Translations under genes and position numbers: made by a program | Shown: one piece after another, positions 32,136 to 43,616 of the stretch | How positions within the stretch are numbered: position 1 is the stretch's first letter | Layout of the letters: every line of letters begins with the position of its first letter | Assembly (NCBI GenBank): GCA_051971635.1 | Contig: JBFPLN010000001.1 | Span: forward strand, 288,001 to 352,000 | Direction of reading: 5' to 3' | Origin: Candidatus Atelocyanobacterium thalassae | Lineage (GTDB): Bacteria > Cyanobacteriota > Cyanobacteriia > Cyanobacteriales > Microcystaceae | DNA: 64,000 nt | The notes under the pieces: model-generated | Databases searched by the model: none | The model's input: only the letters and a program-made list of their open reading frames with translations | What the model was told of the DNA's origin: nothing

Positions 32136-34739
32136 TTAGCTTTTGACAATTTTTTTTGCAAAAGTTAATGCTTCATTTTTTATATTTACCACAATCGTAT
32201 CCTCTGCCATGAATTCTCCTTTAAGAAGTAATTTAGCTATAGGAGTTTCTAAGTATTTCTGAATCGCTCTTTTTAAAGGTCTAGCTCCATAAATGGGATC
32301 ATATCCAACATTAGCAATAAAATCTAAAGCTAATTCTGATAGTTCAAGATGTATTTTTTGTTCTTCTAAACGATTACTTAACAGTTGAGTTTGTAGTTTA
32401 ACAATTTCTCTTAATTGAAATTTCTGTAATCCATGAAAAATTATCATCTCATCTATACGATTAAGGAATTCAGGACGAAAATTATTTTGTACAGTTTTAA
32501 TAACACGTGAATACATTTCACTATAACGAGAATCATCGTCCACAACATCTAATATATATTGTGATCCTATATTACTAGTCATTATGATGATAGTATTTTT
32601 GAAGTTAATAGTACGTCCTTGAGAATCAGTTAATCTACCATCGTCAAGGATTTGCAACATGATATTAAAAATATCAGCATGAGCTTTTTCTATTTCATCA
32701 AAAAGAATTACTGCATATGGATGGCGGCGAATAGCCTCACTTAACTGTCCTCCTTCGTCATATCCTACATATCCCGGAGGTGCTCCAATTAAACGCGATA
32801 TACTATGCCTTTCCATATATTCAGACATATCGATACGTACTATTGATTCCTCGGTATCAAATAAACTTTTTGCAAGTGCTCTAGCTAATTCAGTTTTCCC
32901 GACTCCTGTAGGTCCAAGAAAAAGAAAACTGGCAATAGGACGTTGTGGATCAGCAAGACCAGCTCTTGATCTTTGAATGGAATCTGCTATGGCAGTTACA
33001 GCTTCTTCTTGTCCAACTACTCTTCTATGAAGATCAGTTTCTAAATTTAATAATTTTTCCTTTTCCGATTGTACTAACTTATGAAGAGGAATCCCTGTCC
33101 ACCGAGATATGATTTCAGCAATGTCTGATGGAACTACTTCCTCCCGAAGCAAAATTTTATCTTGATCATTTATAGTTTTATCTTCTAAATCTTTTATCTG
33201 TTTCTGTAACGTTGATAGTTTCCCATATCGCAATTCAGCAGCTTTGTTTAAATCATAATCTCGTTCGGATTGTTGAATTTCCAAGTTAACTTGATCAATA
33301 GTCTTTTTTAAGAGTAGTATTTCGTCGATAAGTGTTTTTTCTTTTTGCCATCTTGAATTAAGACTATATTGTTCTTGCTTTAAATCAACAAGCTCTTTTT
33401 CCAATATTTCTAATCGTTCACAAGATAATTGATCTTCTTCTTTGTTTAAGGAAAGACGTTCCATCTCTAGCTGAAGAATTTTACGGTCAATCTCATCTAG
33501 TTCCTCTGGTTTAGAAGTAATTTCTATTTTAAGTTTAGCAGCAGATTCATCTATCAAATCGATAGCTTTGTCAGGTAAAAAGCGGTCACTGATATAGCGA
33601 TCAGATAATATTGCAGCAGCTACCAATGCTGTATCGGCTATTTTTACTCCATGATGAACTTCATATCGTTCCTTTAGTCCACGCAAGATTGAAATTGTAT
33701 CAATCACGTTAGGTTCGTTAACCATGACTGACTGAAAACGTCGTTCTAAAGCAGCATCTTTTTCAATATATTTTCGATATTCATCAAGTGTTGTTGCCCC
33801 AATACAACGTAGTTCACCCCTTGCTAACATAGGTTTGAGTAAATTACCAGCATCCATTGCTCCTTGGGTAGCACCTGCTCCAACTACAGTATGTATTTCA
33901 TCGACAAATAAAATGATATTACCTTGGGAGTCAATGACCTCCTTTAAAACTGCTTTTAATCTCTCTTCAAATTCTCCTCTATATTTTGCGCCTGCAACTA
34001 AAGAGCCCATATCTAAAACAATAAGCTTTCTATCTCGCAAAGATTCAGGAACATCCCTATTAATTATTCTTTGAGCTAATCCTTCAACAATTGCTGTTTT
34101 TCCAACTCCAGGTTCTCCAATTAAAACAGGATTATTTTTAGTTCTACGAGATAAAATTTGGATAGTACGACGAATTTCATCATCTCTTCCAATAACTGGA
34201 TCAAGTTTTCCTTTTTCAGCCAGTTCCGTTAAATCTCTTCCATATTTCACTAATGATTCATACTGATTTTCTGGACTTTGATCAGTCACTTTGTTATTTC
34301 CTCTAATTTCTTTAATAACTGTTTGTAATAGTTCTTGGGATAGATTTATTCTCTTAAATAGATCTGTTCCAAAGCGATTATCATAAGCATATGCTAGAAG
34401 TATATGCTCTACAGAAATATAATGATCTTGGAATTCTTGGCGAAACTTTTCGCTTTTATCGAAAAGGTTATCTAAACTATGTCCAAGATAAACAGATTCT
34501 ATAGAATTAGATATTTTTGGTTGATTAGTAATAAAGTCTTTAGTTAAATTTTTCACTTTATTTATGTCAACATTTGCTTTATTAAATATTCTTATAGATA
34601 ACTCATCTTCCTCTATAAGAAATTTCATTAAATGCTCACTTTCAATTTGTTGATGTTTATTTTCTTTCGCAATTCTAGAAGTTTCAACAATTGCTTCCCA
34701 TACTTTCTTTGTAAACTTATTAGGATCGGTAGGTTGCAT
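32136..34739 (-). CDS. clpB: ATP-dependent disaggregase ClpB
   Basis: Two AAA+ modules ([16 protein letters not shown]), coiled-coil M domain, AAELRYG. Confidence 0.96.
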   Translation of the reverse strand: MQPTDPNKFTKKVWEAIVETSRIAKENKHQQIESEHLMKFLIEEDELSIRIFNKANVDINKVKNLTKDFITNQPKISNSIESVYLGHSLDNLFDKSEKFRQEFQDHYISVEHILLAYAYDNRFGTDLFKRINLSQELLQTVIKEIRGNNKVTDQSPENQYESLVKYGRDLTELAEKGKLDPVIGRDDEIRRTIQILSRRTKNNPVLIGEPGVGKTAIVEGLAQRIINRDVPESLRDRKLIVLDMGSLVAGAKYRGEFEERLKAVLKEVIDSQGNIILFVDEIHTVVGAGATQGAMDAGNLLKPMLARGELRCIGATTLDEYRKYIEKDAALERRFQSVMVNEPNVIDTISILRGLKERYEVHHGVKIADTALVAAAILSDRYISDRFLPDKAIDLIDESAAKLKIEITSKPEELDEIDRKILQLEMERLSLNKEEDQLSCERLEILEKELVDLKQEQYSLNSRWQKEKTLIDEILLLKKTIDQVNLEIQQSERDYDLNKAAELRYGKLSTLQKQIKDLEDKTINDQDKILLREEVVPSDIAEIISRWTGIPLHKLVQSEKEKLLNLETDLHRRVVGQEEAVTAIADSIQRSRAGLADPQRPIASFLFLGPTGVGKTELARALAKSLFDTEESIVRIDMSEYMERHSISRLIGAPPGYVGYDEGGQLSEAIRRHPYAVILFDEIEKAHADIFNIMLQILDDGRLTDSQGRTINFKNTIIIMTSNIGSQYILDVVDDDSRYSEMYSRVIKTVQNNFRPEFLNRIDEMIIFHGLQKFQLREIVKLQTQLLSNRLEEQKIHLELSELALDFIANVGYDPIYGARPLKRAIQKYLETPIAKLLLKGEFMAEDTIVVNIKNEALTFAKKIVKS

Positions 34740-34800
34740 TTTTCAACATACATTAATTAATTGATATTTTTTATAATATCTTAGTTTAAAAAATAGCAAA

Positions 34801-34816
34801 GGACGGATTTCCTCAC
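34801..34816 (-). promoter_or_regulatory. K-box-like heat-shock motif upstream of clpB
   Basis: GTGAGG-AAAT-CCGTCC on the minus strand resembles GTTCGG-NNAN-CCNNAC; GC-rich island about 60 bp upstream of ATG. Confidence 0.45.
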
Positions 34817-35713
34817 TACCTAGAGTTTATTTGTTAATATATGAAGTATGGAAAAACTAAGTATAAAGGTATGTATCAAAATACGATACATGGTAAAAAC
34901 TATGCTTTGTCATAATTTTTTATTTTTATTAAATAATACTGACCAAGAAATAATTAGTTTTATTGAATTGTAACTTTTTGATTTTATAGTTTCAAAACTT
35001 AAAGGATTACCAGTTTTTTTTAAAGATAGGTCAATCAGATGTATTAATATTACTCATAACAATAACTACACTTTTTTTAAAAGACTTTATTACTAACGGA
35101 AACATTAGAACTGTACTCAGAAATTTTTATAAAAAAAATTTGCTTAACTAATTAAATATAATTATTTATCTGAGTTTTAAGATGATTTTTTTATTATTAA
35201 TAGTCATATCATGAAAATTAGAAATATATCTAAAAGCCTACTTTAATTAAATGCATTAATTTTTTACAAAATACTACCTAATAAATATAAGCTTTTAAAA
35301 TATTAGGTTCATTTATAATTCGCTTATATAAAGAGCCATCTTGATAGATATTAAATACTAAATCAACATAATTTTTAGCAATTACTTCTAACATCTTGAA
35401 ACAATCAATGTACATTTATGGTCAACTATAGAAATAATTACAAAGTTCACAAAATCATGTAGTATTGTTAAGGAAGTAAACCAGAACAATTAGGAACTCT
35501 TATTTAGAGCATACATTAAGTTTCCTGTAATATAAACCTTCAAAGTTCCTAACTTCAATGGAAGCACTGAGGCTTCATATCAAGATCTCAATAAAAAAAT
35601 AACTACAGCTAACACTCCGCTATTGTAAATCTTATTCTATATACAGTTATTTAATTACTCTTCATTTCGTGATAACATCCCCGAATTAAACTACTACTAC
35701 GAAAAATCGTATT

Positions 35714-36670
35714 ATGAAACTAACTAAAAGTAATCTGGATCCTGTTCGTTCATATCTAAGAGAAATTGGTCGTGTTCCTTTATTAACTCATGAAGAAGAA
35801 ATTCTTTATGCAAAGCGTGTACAAAGATTTGTAGATTTAGAAAAATACCGTGAACTTTTTACTAAAGAAACAGGGAAAGAGCCAACCGAAACTCAATGGG
35901 CTCAAGCAGCAAAAATATCAAGAAGAGAATTACATTCTGCAATAGCTTCGGGAGAAGCTGCTAAGCGCAAAATGGTTGAAGCCAACCTTCGCTTAGTTGT
36001 ATCCGTTGCTAAAAAATATCTTAAGCGCAATTTAGATTTATTAGATCTTATTCAAGAAGGGACTATTGGGATGCAAAGAGGCGTGGAAAAATTTGATCCT
36101 ACAAAAGGATATCGCTTTTCCACTTATGCTTATTGGTGGATTCGTCAAGCTATTACTCGTGCGATTGCTGAGAAAAGCCGTACTATACGTCTTCCTATAC
36201 ACATAACTGAAAAACTTAATAAAATTAAAAAAGCACAACGGGAACTTTCACAAGCAAGGGGAAGAGATGCAACTATTGCTGAACTAGCTGATGAATTAGA
36301 TCTTACTCCTAAACAAGTTAGGGAATATTTAGAAAGGGCTCGTCAGCCACTATCCTTGGATTTAAGAGTAGGAGATAATCAGGATACAGAATTAGGAGAT
36401 CTTCTAGAAGATGATGGTCCTTCGCCTGAAGATTTTGCTACTCATTCTTCATTGCAATTTGATTTAGAGATGTTAATGGAAGACTTAACAACTCAGCAAA
36501 AAGAGGTTATAGCTTTAAGGTTTGGACTAACTGATGGACAACCCTTGACATTAGCTAAAATTGGTTGTCGTCTTAATATTAGTCGTGAGAGAGTTAGACA
36601 AATTGAAAGAGAAGCCCTATCTAAGCTTAGAAAGCGTAAAGCAAACATTCAGGAGTACTTAGCCAGTTAG
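35714..36670 (+). CDS. sigD: Group 2 RNA polymerase sigma factor, SigD type
   Basis: [50 protein letters not shown]-terminal QEYLAS as in Synechocystis SigD. Confidence 0.88.
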   Translation: MKLTKSNLDPVRSYLREIGRVPLLTHEEEILYAKRVQRFVDLEKYRELFTKETGKEPTETQWAQAAKISRRELHSAIASGEAAKRKMVEANLRLVVSVAKKYLKRNLDLLDLIQEGTIGMQRGVEKFDPTKGYRFSTYAYWWIRQAITRAIAEKSRTIRLPIHITEKLNKIKKAQRELSQARGRDATIAELADELDLTPKQVREYLERARQPLSLDLRVGDNQDTELGDLLEDDGPSPEDFATHSSLQFDLEMLMEDLTTQQKEVIALRFGLTDGQPLTLAKIGCRLNISRERVRQIEREALSKLRKRKANIQEYLAS

Positions 36671-36703
36671 ATTAGAAAAATATTCTTGAGTAAAATATAA
36701 AAA

Positions 36704-36738
36704 TTACGGTTTTACTATCTTAGTTTTACGGTTTTACT
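36704..36738. repeat. 13-bp direct repeat TTACGGTTTTACT x2, 22-bp period
   Basis: Copies at 36704-36716 and 36726-36738. Confidence 0.8.
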
Positions 36739-36827
36739 GATTTGGATATACCTAAAAACTTGTTACTCTAAGATGGAGTAAGATTTATAATATGAAATAT
36801 TAATCTAGAGTTAATGTGAGGTAAACG

Positions 36828-37172
36828 ATGAGTAAAGAATTAGGTCGCTCTCAGAATTTTTTTAGTAGCGAAGATGGAGCAGGAGATGCATTATGGGAAT
36901 ATGTTCAATCTCTTAGTTCAGAGACTATTTCTCAATTATCTAAGCCTGATTCTATTGAAGTTTTTCAGGTCATGGAACAAAATATTATTGGTTTATTAGG
37001 TAGTCTTCCTTCTGAACATTTTAATGTAACAATTAGTACAAGCAGAGATCATTTAGGAAAGTTATTAGCTTCAGCAATGATGAGTGGTTATTTTTTACGA
37101 AATGCAGAACAAAGACTAAATTTTGAACAGTCTTTACAGGCGATTGACAATAATTTACAAGATGACAAATAA
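36828..37172 (+). CDS. DUF760 family protein
   Basis: LWEYVQSL, NIIGLLGSLP, LLASAMMSGYFLRNAEQR. Confidence 0.85.
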   Translation: MSKELGRSQNFFSSEDGAGDALWEYVQSLSSETISQLSKPDSIEVFQVMEQNIIGLLGSLPSEHFNVTISTSRDHLGKLLASAMMSGYFLRNAEQRLNFEQSLQAIDNNLQDDK

Positions 37173-37469
37173 TCTTATACTTAAATTTGGAAAACTTTTA
37201 GTCATACCAATCTAGTTTTAAAAGTATAATTTTGTATTACGTATAAATAAAGATGAGCTTTTCTCATAAAAATTTAATCTTATTAAATCAACTGTTTCTT
37301 AAAAAATAGAACCTTTCAAAAAGATAAATACCAAAATTTTGGTATTTAGAATTAGTTTCACAGATACCCCATGATTACTTCAATATGTTAACTAACTATA
37401 AGCAAATTTTGTAAATATTGAATACAATCAGATCTGTACTGAAATTTTACAGTAATTAACTCTTATTAT

Positions 37470-38186
37470 ATGAATGATTCTAATTGGGTAGATAGCGATG
37501 AGTTAATTCATCATTCTTCATCACAATCTTCTAAATCCAAGGTTTCATATTCGCAACTTAAATCTCCCAAGTTTCAACAGACACTGGCTATGGTAGAAAC
37601 TGCTTTTTTGGCGAGTACAAGTAGTCTAATTTGGTTAATTAATACTTACTTTCCTTTAGGTATAATATTGCGACTTTTTTTCCCTATTCCCATAGCAATC
37701 TTGTGCCTAAGATGGGGAAGCCGTTCGGCTTGGATGGGATGGTTAGTCTCTGGATTGCTATTAACAGTTTTAATGGGGCCTATCCAAAGTATCCTTTTTG
37801 TAACTAATTATGGATTAATAAGTATACAATTAGGAGCATGTTGGCGTAGGAATATTAGTTGGGAATGGTCAATTTTTATAGGTGCTGTAATATCTATTTT
37901 TAGTTTTTTCTTCAAATTTTGGTTATTTTCAATTTTGACAGGAGAAGACTTGTGGCAATATTCTATTAATCAGATGACTACTCTTGCTGACTGGTTATTT
38001 TTAAAATTTGGAACTTTGATACAACCAAGTTTCTTATTAGTTCAAGTATTTACATGCTTGCTAATATTTATCAATAGCATTATTTATTTATTTGCTGTGC
38101 ACATAATAGCATTAATGGTACTAGATAAATTAGGGAGCCCTATTACACGTCCACCTAAATGGGTCCAAATAATTTTAGATTATTAA
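37470..38186 (+). CDS. DUF2232 family membrane protein
   Basis: MVETAFLAST, FFPIPIA, LMGP, multiple TM helices. Confidence 0.75.
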   Translation: MNDSNWVDSDELIHHSSSQSSKSKVSYSQLKSPKFQQTLAMVETAFLASTSSLIWLINTYFPLGIILRLFFPIPIAILCLRWGSRSAWMGWLVSGLLLTVLMGPIQSILFVTNYGLISIQLGACWRRNISWEWSIFIGAVISIFSFFFKFWLFSILTGEDLWQYSINQMTTLADWLFLKFGTLIQPSFLLVQVFTCLLIFINSIIYLFAVHIIALMVLDKLGSPITRPPKWVQIILDY

Positions 38187-38264
38187 TATATCACACATAA
38201 TAGTATAAATTAATTAACTAAATTTTTTAGAGCGAAATATCTTTCTTAGGTATCTGTATATATT

Positions 38265-39515
38265 TTAAAAACCAATTGTATCGGATTGTTCAATAACTCC
38301 CTCTTCTGTAGTGTAAGCCAGTTCAGTATTGTTAATTTTAATTTTTTCTTGACTTAAAAAATGATTAACATAATATAGCTTATGTTCTATAGTTTTACTT
38401 CCTTTATTTAAGGTATACAACCTTTCTTTTCTTCGCAAATTTCTTTTGTTAATTTTCACGTTCCTCGATTGAATAACAAAATAGCGGACTAAGGGTAATC
38501 CTAAAAAGAAGGATGCATAGCTGAATAAAAACCAGTAAAGTGAGCTTGTAAAACCAATAAAACTATTAGCTTCCAAGATGATACTTTGATCTTTCAGCAA
38601 TGAGCCTAATACTAGAACTAATATAAAATTAACAGCTCCTAAACTAATAACTAACATTTTTTGACTACTAGTTATACGAGTAAACTTATAAAGTTTTTCC
38701 TCAAAAATATTATTAATATGTTTTTTGGGTAAGTTTTCAACAAATGTTCTTAGTTCAGGAAAACTATATATTAATTGACCTTTCGGCGAAACCACTGGAA
38801 CGCCAGCAAATCTTTTAAGTATAGGTAAAATATAGTCTTCACCATGTTCATCAATATCATCGAGATAAGGTGCTATTTGCTCTGCAATTATAACTCCTTG
38901 ATTATCGTAAATAACTCTACTAATCATTTCCCAACGTATTTCTTCTAAGTTAAAATTTGGATTTCCATCGCCGAAAAGAAAAGAAAAGACTGCTTCTAGA
39001 AAATTAGTTTCTTTTGGCGACTTATCCCTACTAGGTTTAGAAGAAGTAAACGAATGATAATTATTGGTAGGATAAAAAATCCAGAATAAATCACTCAAAT
39101 TAGGTAGGATAAAAAAATTTATTCTTCTATATCCATTATCCTCTTCTCTATCAGAATGTAGACTTGTAATAATAATAGTTATAGCAGTAAAAACTATTAC
39201 AATTGAAGAAATTAGGATAACTCCGAAGGAAATTCGAATCAGATAAAACAAAGTTGTCCAAATCTTCTTCCAAATTTCATTTAATCTTAATATTAAGTTT
39301 TTATTTCGAAAAATACTACGGAGATTTTTCGAAAAAACATAAATAAGTTCTCCTGACTGAGTTACTTGTAAGTTGCCAAATGTATCTGACACTAAACTAA
39401 GTAATTCTTTTTGTACTATGTAAGAACTAATACCAGAATATGCAACTACATCTCCAACAGTGACACAATAGCCTAATTTTTCAACAGAATCAATAATTTT
39501 TAACTGAAGAGTCAT
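38265..39515 (-). CDS. Conserved cyanobacterial/plastid membrane protein (At5g03900-like)
   Basis: VTVGDV, GELIYVF, FLEAVFSFLFGDGNPN, AEQIAPYLD. Confidence 0.75.
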   Translation of the reverse strand: MTLQLKIIDSVEKLGYCVTVGDVVAYSGISSYIVQKELLSLVSDTFGNLQVTQSGELIYVFSKNLRSIFRNKNLILRLNEIWKKIWTTLFYLIRISFGVILISSIVIVFTAITIIITSLHSDREEDNGYRRINFFILPNLSDLFWIFYPTNNYHSFTSSKPSRDKSPKETNFLEAVFSFLFGDGNPNFNLEEIRWEMISRVIYDNQGVIIAEQIAPYLDDIDEHGEDYILPILKRFAGVPVVSPKGQLIYSFPELRTFVENLPKKHINNIFEEKLYKFTRITSSQKMLVISLGAVNFILVLVLGSLLKDQSIILEANSFIGFTSSLYWFLFSYASFFLGLPLVRYFVIQSRNVKINKRNLRRKERLYTLNKGSKTIEHKLYYVNHFLSQEKIKINNTELAYTTEEGVIEQSDTIGF

Positions 39516-39965
39516 AAAACAAATACTTTGCTACGAATTCTATCTCTTAACTATCAATTATACGATAGAAAATTTTTTGTTTTTTGATTGTAAGCCATAA
39601 CTTCAAGACATTTTATATAGAATATAAATTATTAACAATTAGTCAGTATTTCAATATTCATTGAAATAATGCTTAAAATTCTTAAATAATATGATTTTTT
39701 ACTTTACTATATATGGTTAATATATCAAAGCTAATTAAAATATCAAACATAAGAGTTTTATAAAATTTTTCATAATATAAAATGACTAAATAATATTTCT
39801 TATTTTTTTTGATGTTTTAAATAGCCTTAATAATTATCAACCTTAAAATCTTTTATAAAAAGTTAATCTAAGTTTTTTTATATGATCACATAAAGATAAC
39901 TTTATTATTTTAGGGTAGGAATCACTATTCAACTGATATGCCCCTGATTTTTTAGGTCATTATTC

Positions 39966-41447
39966 ATGAAATTGCTTGAAGCAGAAGTTCATACGTCTTT
40001 AAAAGAATTTTTAAAACAATATAGAAAACCTTTCTGGAGTCATCATTTAGCAATGGCTCGATTAGTTTCATATATTCTACGTCTTCAACGTCCTGCTATT
40101 ATCCAAACTAGTAGTTCTATTTCTTCTTATGGTTTAAGTTATTTATTACCATCTTTATTACTTAACAAACCAATTCTATTGGTTGCGCCTTTAAGTACTC
40201 AATATAAATTAAAGAAAAATATCATACCTTATCTACAACAATGGCTAAAACAGAAAAATATTATTTTTAATGAAACATGTGGAAAAAAGCTAAACAATTT
40301 TCAAGGAATACTGATCGTATCTCCATATATTTGGTTGCATAATTATTTTAAAGAACAAGAATATTTACTTACAGGTGCCCTAACTTTAGTTGACAAAGCT
40401 GATTATTTAGAACAATGGACAAGAGATTATCTCACAGTGACCATAACGCCTAAAGACTGGAAAGAATTACAAGACAATTATTTATGTTTTAATGCCTTAA
40501 TTCATAAGGTTAAATCTTTTCTTAAATATTCTATTTTTAATTATCCTGATAATCCTTATCAACAGTATTTATTGGGTCTAGAAGAAAAAAAAAGTTTACA
40601 AACTCTGTGTAAAGCTATTACTAAAAATAGTCTTTTAAACTGTATTGAAAAAAGAATTTTAGATAATAATTACTTTCTGTGGACATCTGTAAATCGTAGA
40701 AACCAAACTTTTTTAATCCATTTGAGTCCTCTTGATATTTCTTCAACTTTAACTCCATTATTTAATGGTTCCACCACTATCTTTATGGGAGAAATTTTAG
40801 ATCATAATAAATCTGCTTTTACATACAGAAAAAATATTGGTATCAAAGAGAAATTATTGTGCTTAAAACTTTCTCAACAACAACTAAATGAAATGGTTGA
40901 TTTATATATTTATGATCGTTTACCAATGCCTAATACGTCAACGTTTCAGGATATTTTAACAGTATATATAAGAAAAATTATTAATGATAGTCATTCTCAA
41001 TTAAAGCCTATTTTTATTATCATTGATGATATTCCTCTTAAAAAAAAGGTTGCAATTTCTTTAACTTTAGAATTAGGTTCAAACATAAAAATAGAAAAAA
41101 TTAAAATTCAAAATAATCATATATTAATCAGTAGTTGGAAGTTTTGGAAAAATAATCAAGACAAGCTACCAGTACCTAAGTTGTTAATCATCTCAACCTT
41201 ACCGTTTCCGTCTCTAGAAAACCCTTTAGTTTCTTCCAAAGTTAATTATCACAAAAAGCGATATAAAGATTGGTTTTATTCTTATCTCTTACCGATCGCT
41301 CTACAAGAAACACAACATTTACTTATTTCACTTAGAGAATCTCAAGGAAAGATTGTCTTACTAGATAATAGAATTAGTTATCGTAGTTACGGTAAAAGAC
41401 TTTTAACTGCTCTTAAGCCTTATGTTAAAATTAGCTATATGAAGTAA
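39966..41447 (+). CDS. DinG/Rad3-like helicase C-terminal domain protein with degenerate ATPase motifs
   Basis: LPFPSLENP, VLLDNRISYRSYG helicase C motifs; no GKT or DEAH. Confidence 0.7.
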   Translation: MKLLEAEVHTSLKEFLKQYRKPFWSHHLAMARLVSYILRLQRPAIIQTSSSISSYGLSYLLPSLLLNKPILLVAPLSTQYKLKKNIIPYLQQWLKQKNIIFNETCGKKLNNFQGILIVSPYIWLHNYFKEQEYLLTGALTLVDKADYLEQWTRDYLTVTITPKDWKELQDNYLCFNALIHKVKSFLKYSIFNYPDNPYQQYLLGLEEKKSLQTLCKAITKNSLLNCIEKRILDNNYFLWTSVNRRNQTFLIHLSPLDISSTLTPLFNGSTTIFMGEILDHNKSAFTYRKNIGIKEKLLCLKLSQQQLNEMVDLYIYDRLPMPNTSTFQDILTVYIRKIINDSHSQLKPIFIIIDDIPLKKKVAISLTLELGSNIKIEKIKIQNNHILISSWKFWKNNQDKLPVPKLLIISTLPFPSLENPLVSSKVNYHKKRYKDWFYSYLLPIALQETQHLLISLRESQGKIVLLDNRISYRSYGKRLLTALKPYVKISYMK

Positions 41448-41510
41448 AAATTGTTAAATGATTAAGTATATTTACCTTTTGTTTATATTGCATTACTAGG
41501 AGATAGCTTC

Positions 41511-42887
41511 TTGTCGGATATTTTAACAACTCTTACAGATAGATCAAAAGAGAACTGGATAATAGGTCATAATTCTGAAAATTTTTATCAAATTACTAAA
41601 ATTTATATAGATAGGTTTATAACAATTAGGAAACATCAAAATAATCCTAAAATTATCCTAATTCAGAATCAAAATAATCATATTAATTTTCTATCTGCAT
41701 TTTTGGCAGCAATTATTACAAACTGTCATATATTTTTATGTAGTAAAGAATGGAAGGATAAAGAATGGACAGAAGTTCTAGATTTAATCGAACCACATCT
41801 TATACTAGGAAATAATTACTTCACTAATAATTATCTTAAGCATTCATGTAGTAAAGCTCATAATTTTTACTTTCCTAAAAGTAATTTAATTATGATTCCA
41901 ACAGGTGGGACTTCAGGAAATATACGTTTTACAATTCATACATGGAATTCCTTATCTTGTTCAGTACATGGTTTTGCAGAATTTTTCGAGCTAGAAGAGA
42001 TTAATACTTTTTGCATATTGCCTTTTTACCATGTTAGCGGCTTAATGCAATTTATCCGTTCTTTTCTAGTTGGAGGACAAATTATCATATATTCTTACAA
42101 TGAACTAAAAAGTAATTTTATTCCTTGCCTCAGCAACAAAAAATTTTTTATTTCACTAGTCCCTACTCAATTCAAATTTTTACTAACGAGTAATCTTTGT
42201 TTTTTACGTAAATTTGCAACTATATTATTAGGAGGAGGACCTTCTTGGGATTATTTGCTTAAAGAAGCTCGAAAGTATAGTCTTAATTTATCACTAACTT
42301 ATGGTATGACTGAGACAGCATCTCAGATTGTTACTTTAAAACCTCAAGATTTCTTAAAAGGTAATAATAGTATTGGACAGGTCTTGCCTCATGCGAAAGT
42401 TAAAATAAATGAACAAGAAAAAGTAATTCAAATTGAGGCAAACTCATTATTTTATGGATATTATCCCGACTATATTCAACAGCAAATTTTTATTACTGAT
42501 GATTTAGGATATTTTGATGATAATCAATATCTATATGTGATTGGAAGAAGTAGTCAAAAAATCATTACAGGTGGAGAAAATATTTTTCCATTAGAAGTTG
42601 AAAATACTATTTTAAAAACTGAATTAGTTCAAGATGTTTGTGTGTTAGGTATTAACGATATTTATTGGGGAGAAGTTTTAGTAGCAGTATACGTTCCTAA
42701 AAGAGATGATATTAATGTTGAAAATATTAAGTATTTGATTAAGTTAAATTTAAGTCCTTACAAGCAACCCAAGCATTGGATACGAATTAAATGCTTACCA
42801 TATAATGAGCAGGGTAAACTAAATTATATAGTACTAAAAAAAATAGCTCAGAAGTATATTTCAAAAAAGATAATGCAGGGACTTTAA
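41511..42887 (+). CDS. menE: O-succinylbenzoate-CoA ligase
   Basis: PTGGTSG, PFYHVSGLMQ, SLVPTQ, YGMTETASQ, IITGGENIFP; TTG start with AGGAG RBS. Confidence 0.85.
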   Translation: MSDILTTLTDRSKENWIIGHNSENFYQITKIYIDRFITIRKHQNNPKIILIQNQNNHINFLSAFLAAIITNCHIFLCSKEWKDKEWTEVLDLIEPHLILGNNYFTNNYLKHSCSKAHNFYFPKSNLIMIPTGGTSGNIRFTIHTWNSLSCSVHGFAEFFELEEINTFCILPFYHVSGLMQFIRSFLVGGQIIIYSYNELKSNFIPCLSNKKFFISLVPTQFKFLLTSNLCFLRKFATILLGGGPSWDYLLKEARKYSLNLSLTYGMTETASQIVTLKPQDFLKGNNSIGQVLPHAKVKINEQEKVIQIEANSLFYGYYPDYIQQQIFITDDLGYFDDNQYLYVIGRSSQKIITGGENIFPLEVENTILKTELVQDVCVLGINDIYWGEVLVAVYVPKRDDINVENIKYLIKLNLSPYKQPKHWIRIKCLPYNEQGKLNYIVLKKIAQKYISKKIMQGL

Positions 42888-42905
42888 GAGTAGTTCCCTG
42901 CATTA
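42871..42905. terminator. Bidirectional hairpin between convergent menE and petF, overlapping the menE stop
   Basis: TAATGCAGGGA / TCCCTGCATTA inverted repeat. Confidence 0.65.
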
Positions 42906-42939
42906 ATTGATGCACTAACAATTTTAACTATGATTAAAA

Positions 42940-43239
42940 TTAATAAAGTGTTTCTTCTTGGTGAGTCATGATGACACAATCAGATGTAGGATAGGCAACA
43001 CAGGTAAGAACAAATCCAGCTTCTATTTGATCATCATCGAGGAAGGATTGATCGGATTGATCAACACTTCCTGAAATTAATTTACCGGCACAAGTAGAAC
43101 AAGCACCTGCTCGACAAGAAAAAGGAATTTCTAAGCCTTCTTCTTCAGCTACATCTAGAATATACTCATCTTCTGGAACTTCCAGAGTAGAATTAATTCC
43201 TTCATCTTCATTAGTCAAAGTTACTTTATAAGTCGCCAT
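42940..43239 (-). CDS. petF: Plant-type [2Fe-2S] ferredoxin
   Basis: [36 protein letters not shown]. Confidence 0.96.
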   Translation of the reverse strand: MATYKVTLTNEDEGINSTLEVPEDEYILDVAEEEGLEIPFSCRAGACSTCAGKLISGSVDQSDQSFLDDDQIEAGFVLTCVAYPTSDCVIMTHQEETLY

Positions 43240-43616
43240 GATTGTCTCCTCTTCTTAAGTGAAGAATATTTTATCTTGACAATAAAATTCAAATATATGA
43301 ATTTTACTGATAAATATCTACTACCTTTGATACTAAGGGAAAAAACTCTTAAGTATAAGGAGGGATTAGTAATGAGATTCTCAAATAAACTTCAAATAAG
43401 TTTTACTTATATTTTCTCTTAAGTAAAAAATCAATATTCTTCATATTCTATCAATATAAACATTATTTAATTTTTAAGCAAAATAAAATATCTCACAAGC
43501 TTTATCTATAGTGAATATTAAAGATCAATTTTAATTTAGTAAAAATGGAAACTTATAAGGAACATTTCAGTACTATTTTTCAGAATCTTTTGCTCTTTAA
43601 ATTCAATAATTTTCTT

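Noticed and set aside
5420..34739. Inteins or introns in dnaG, nrdB or clpB
   Set aside because: Lengths are normal and no splice-junction motifs are visible
35437..35453. HLR1 (RpaB) site upstream of sigD, ATTACAAA-G-TTCACAAA
   Set aside because: Repeat period is 9 rather than the canonical 10
37411..37425. NtcA-like site GTA-N9-TAC upstream of the DUF2232 gene
   Set aside because: Spacer is 9 nt, not the canonical 8
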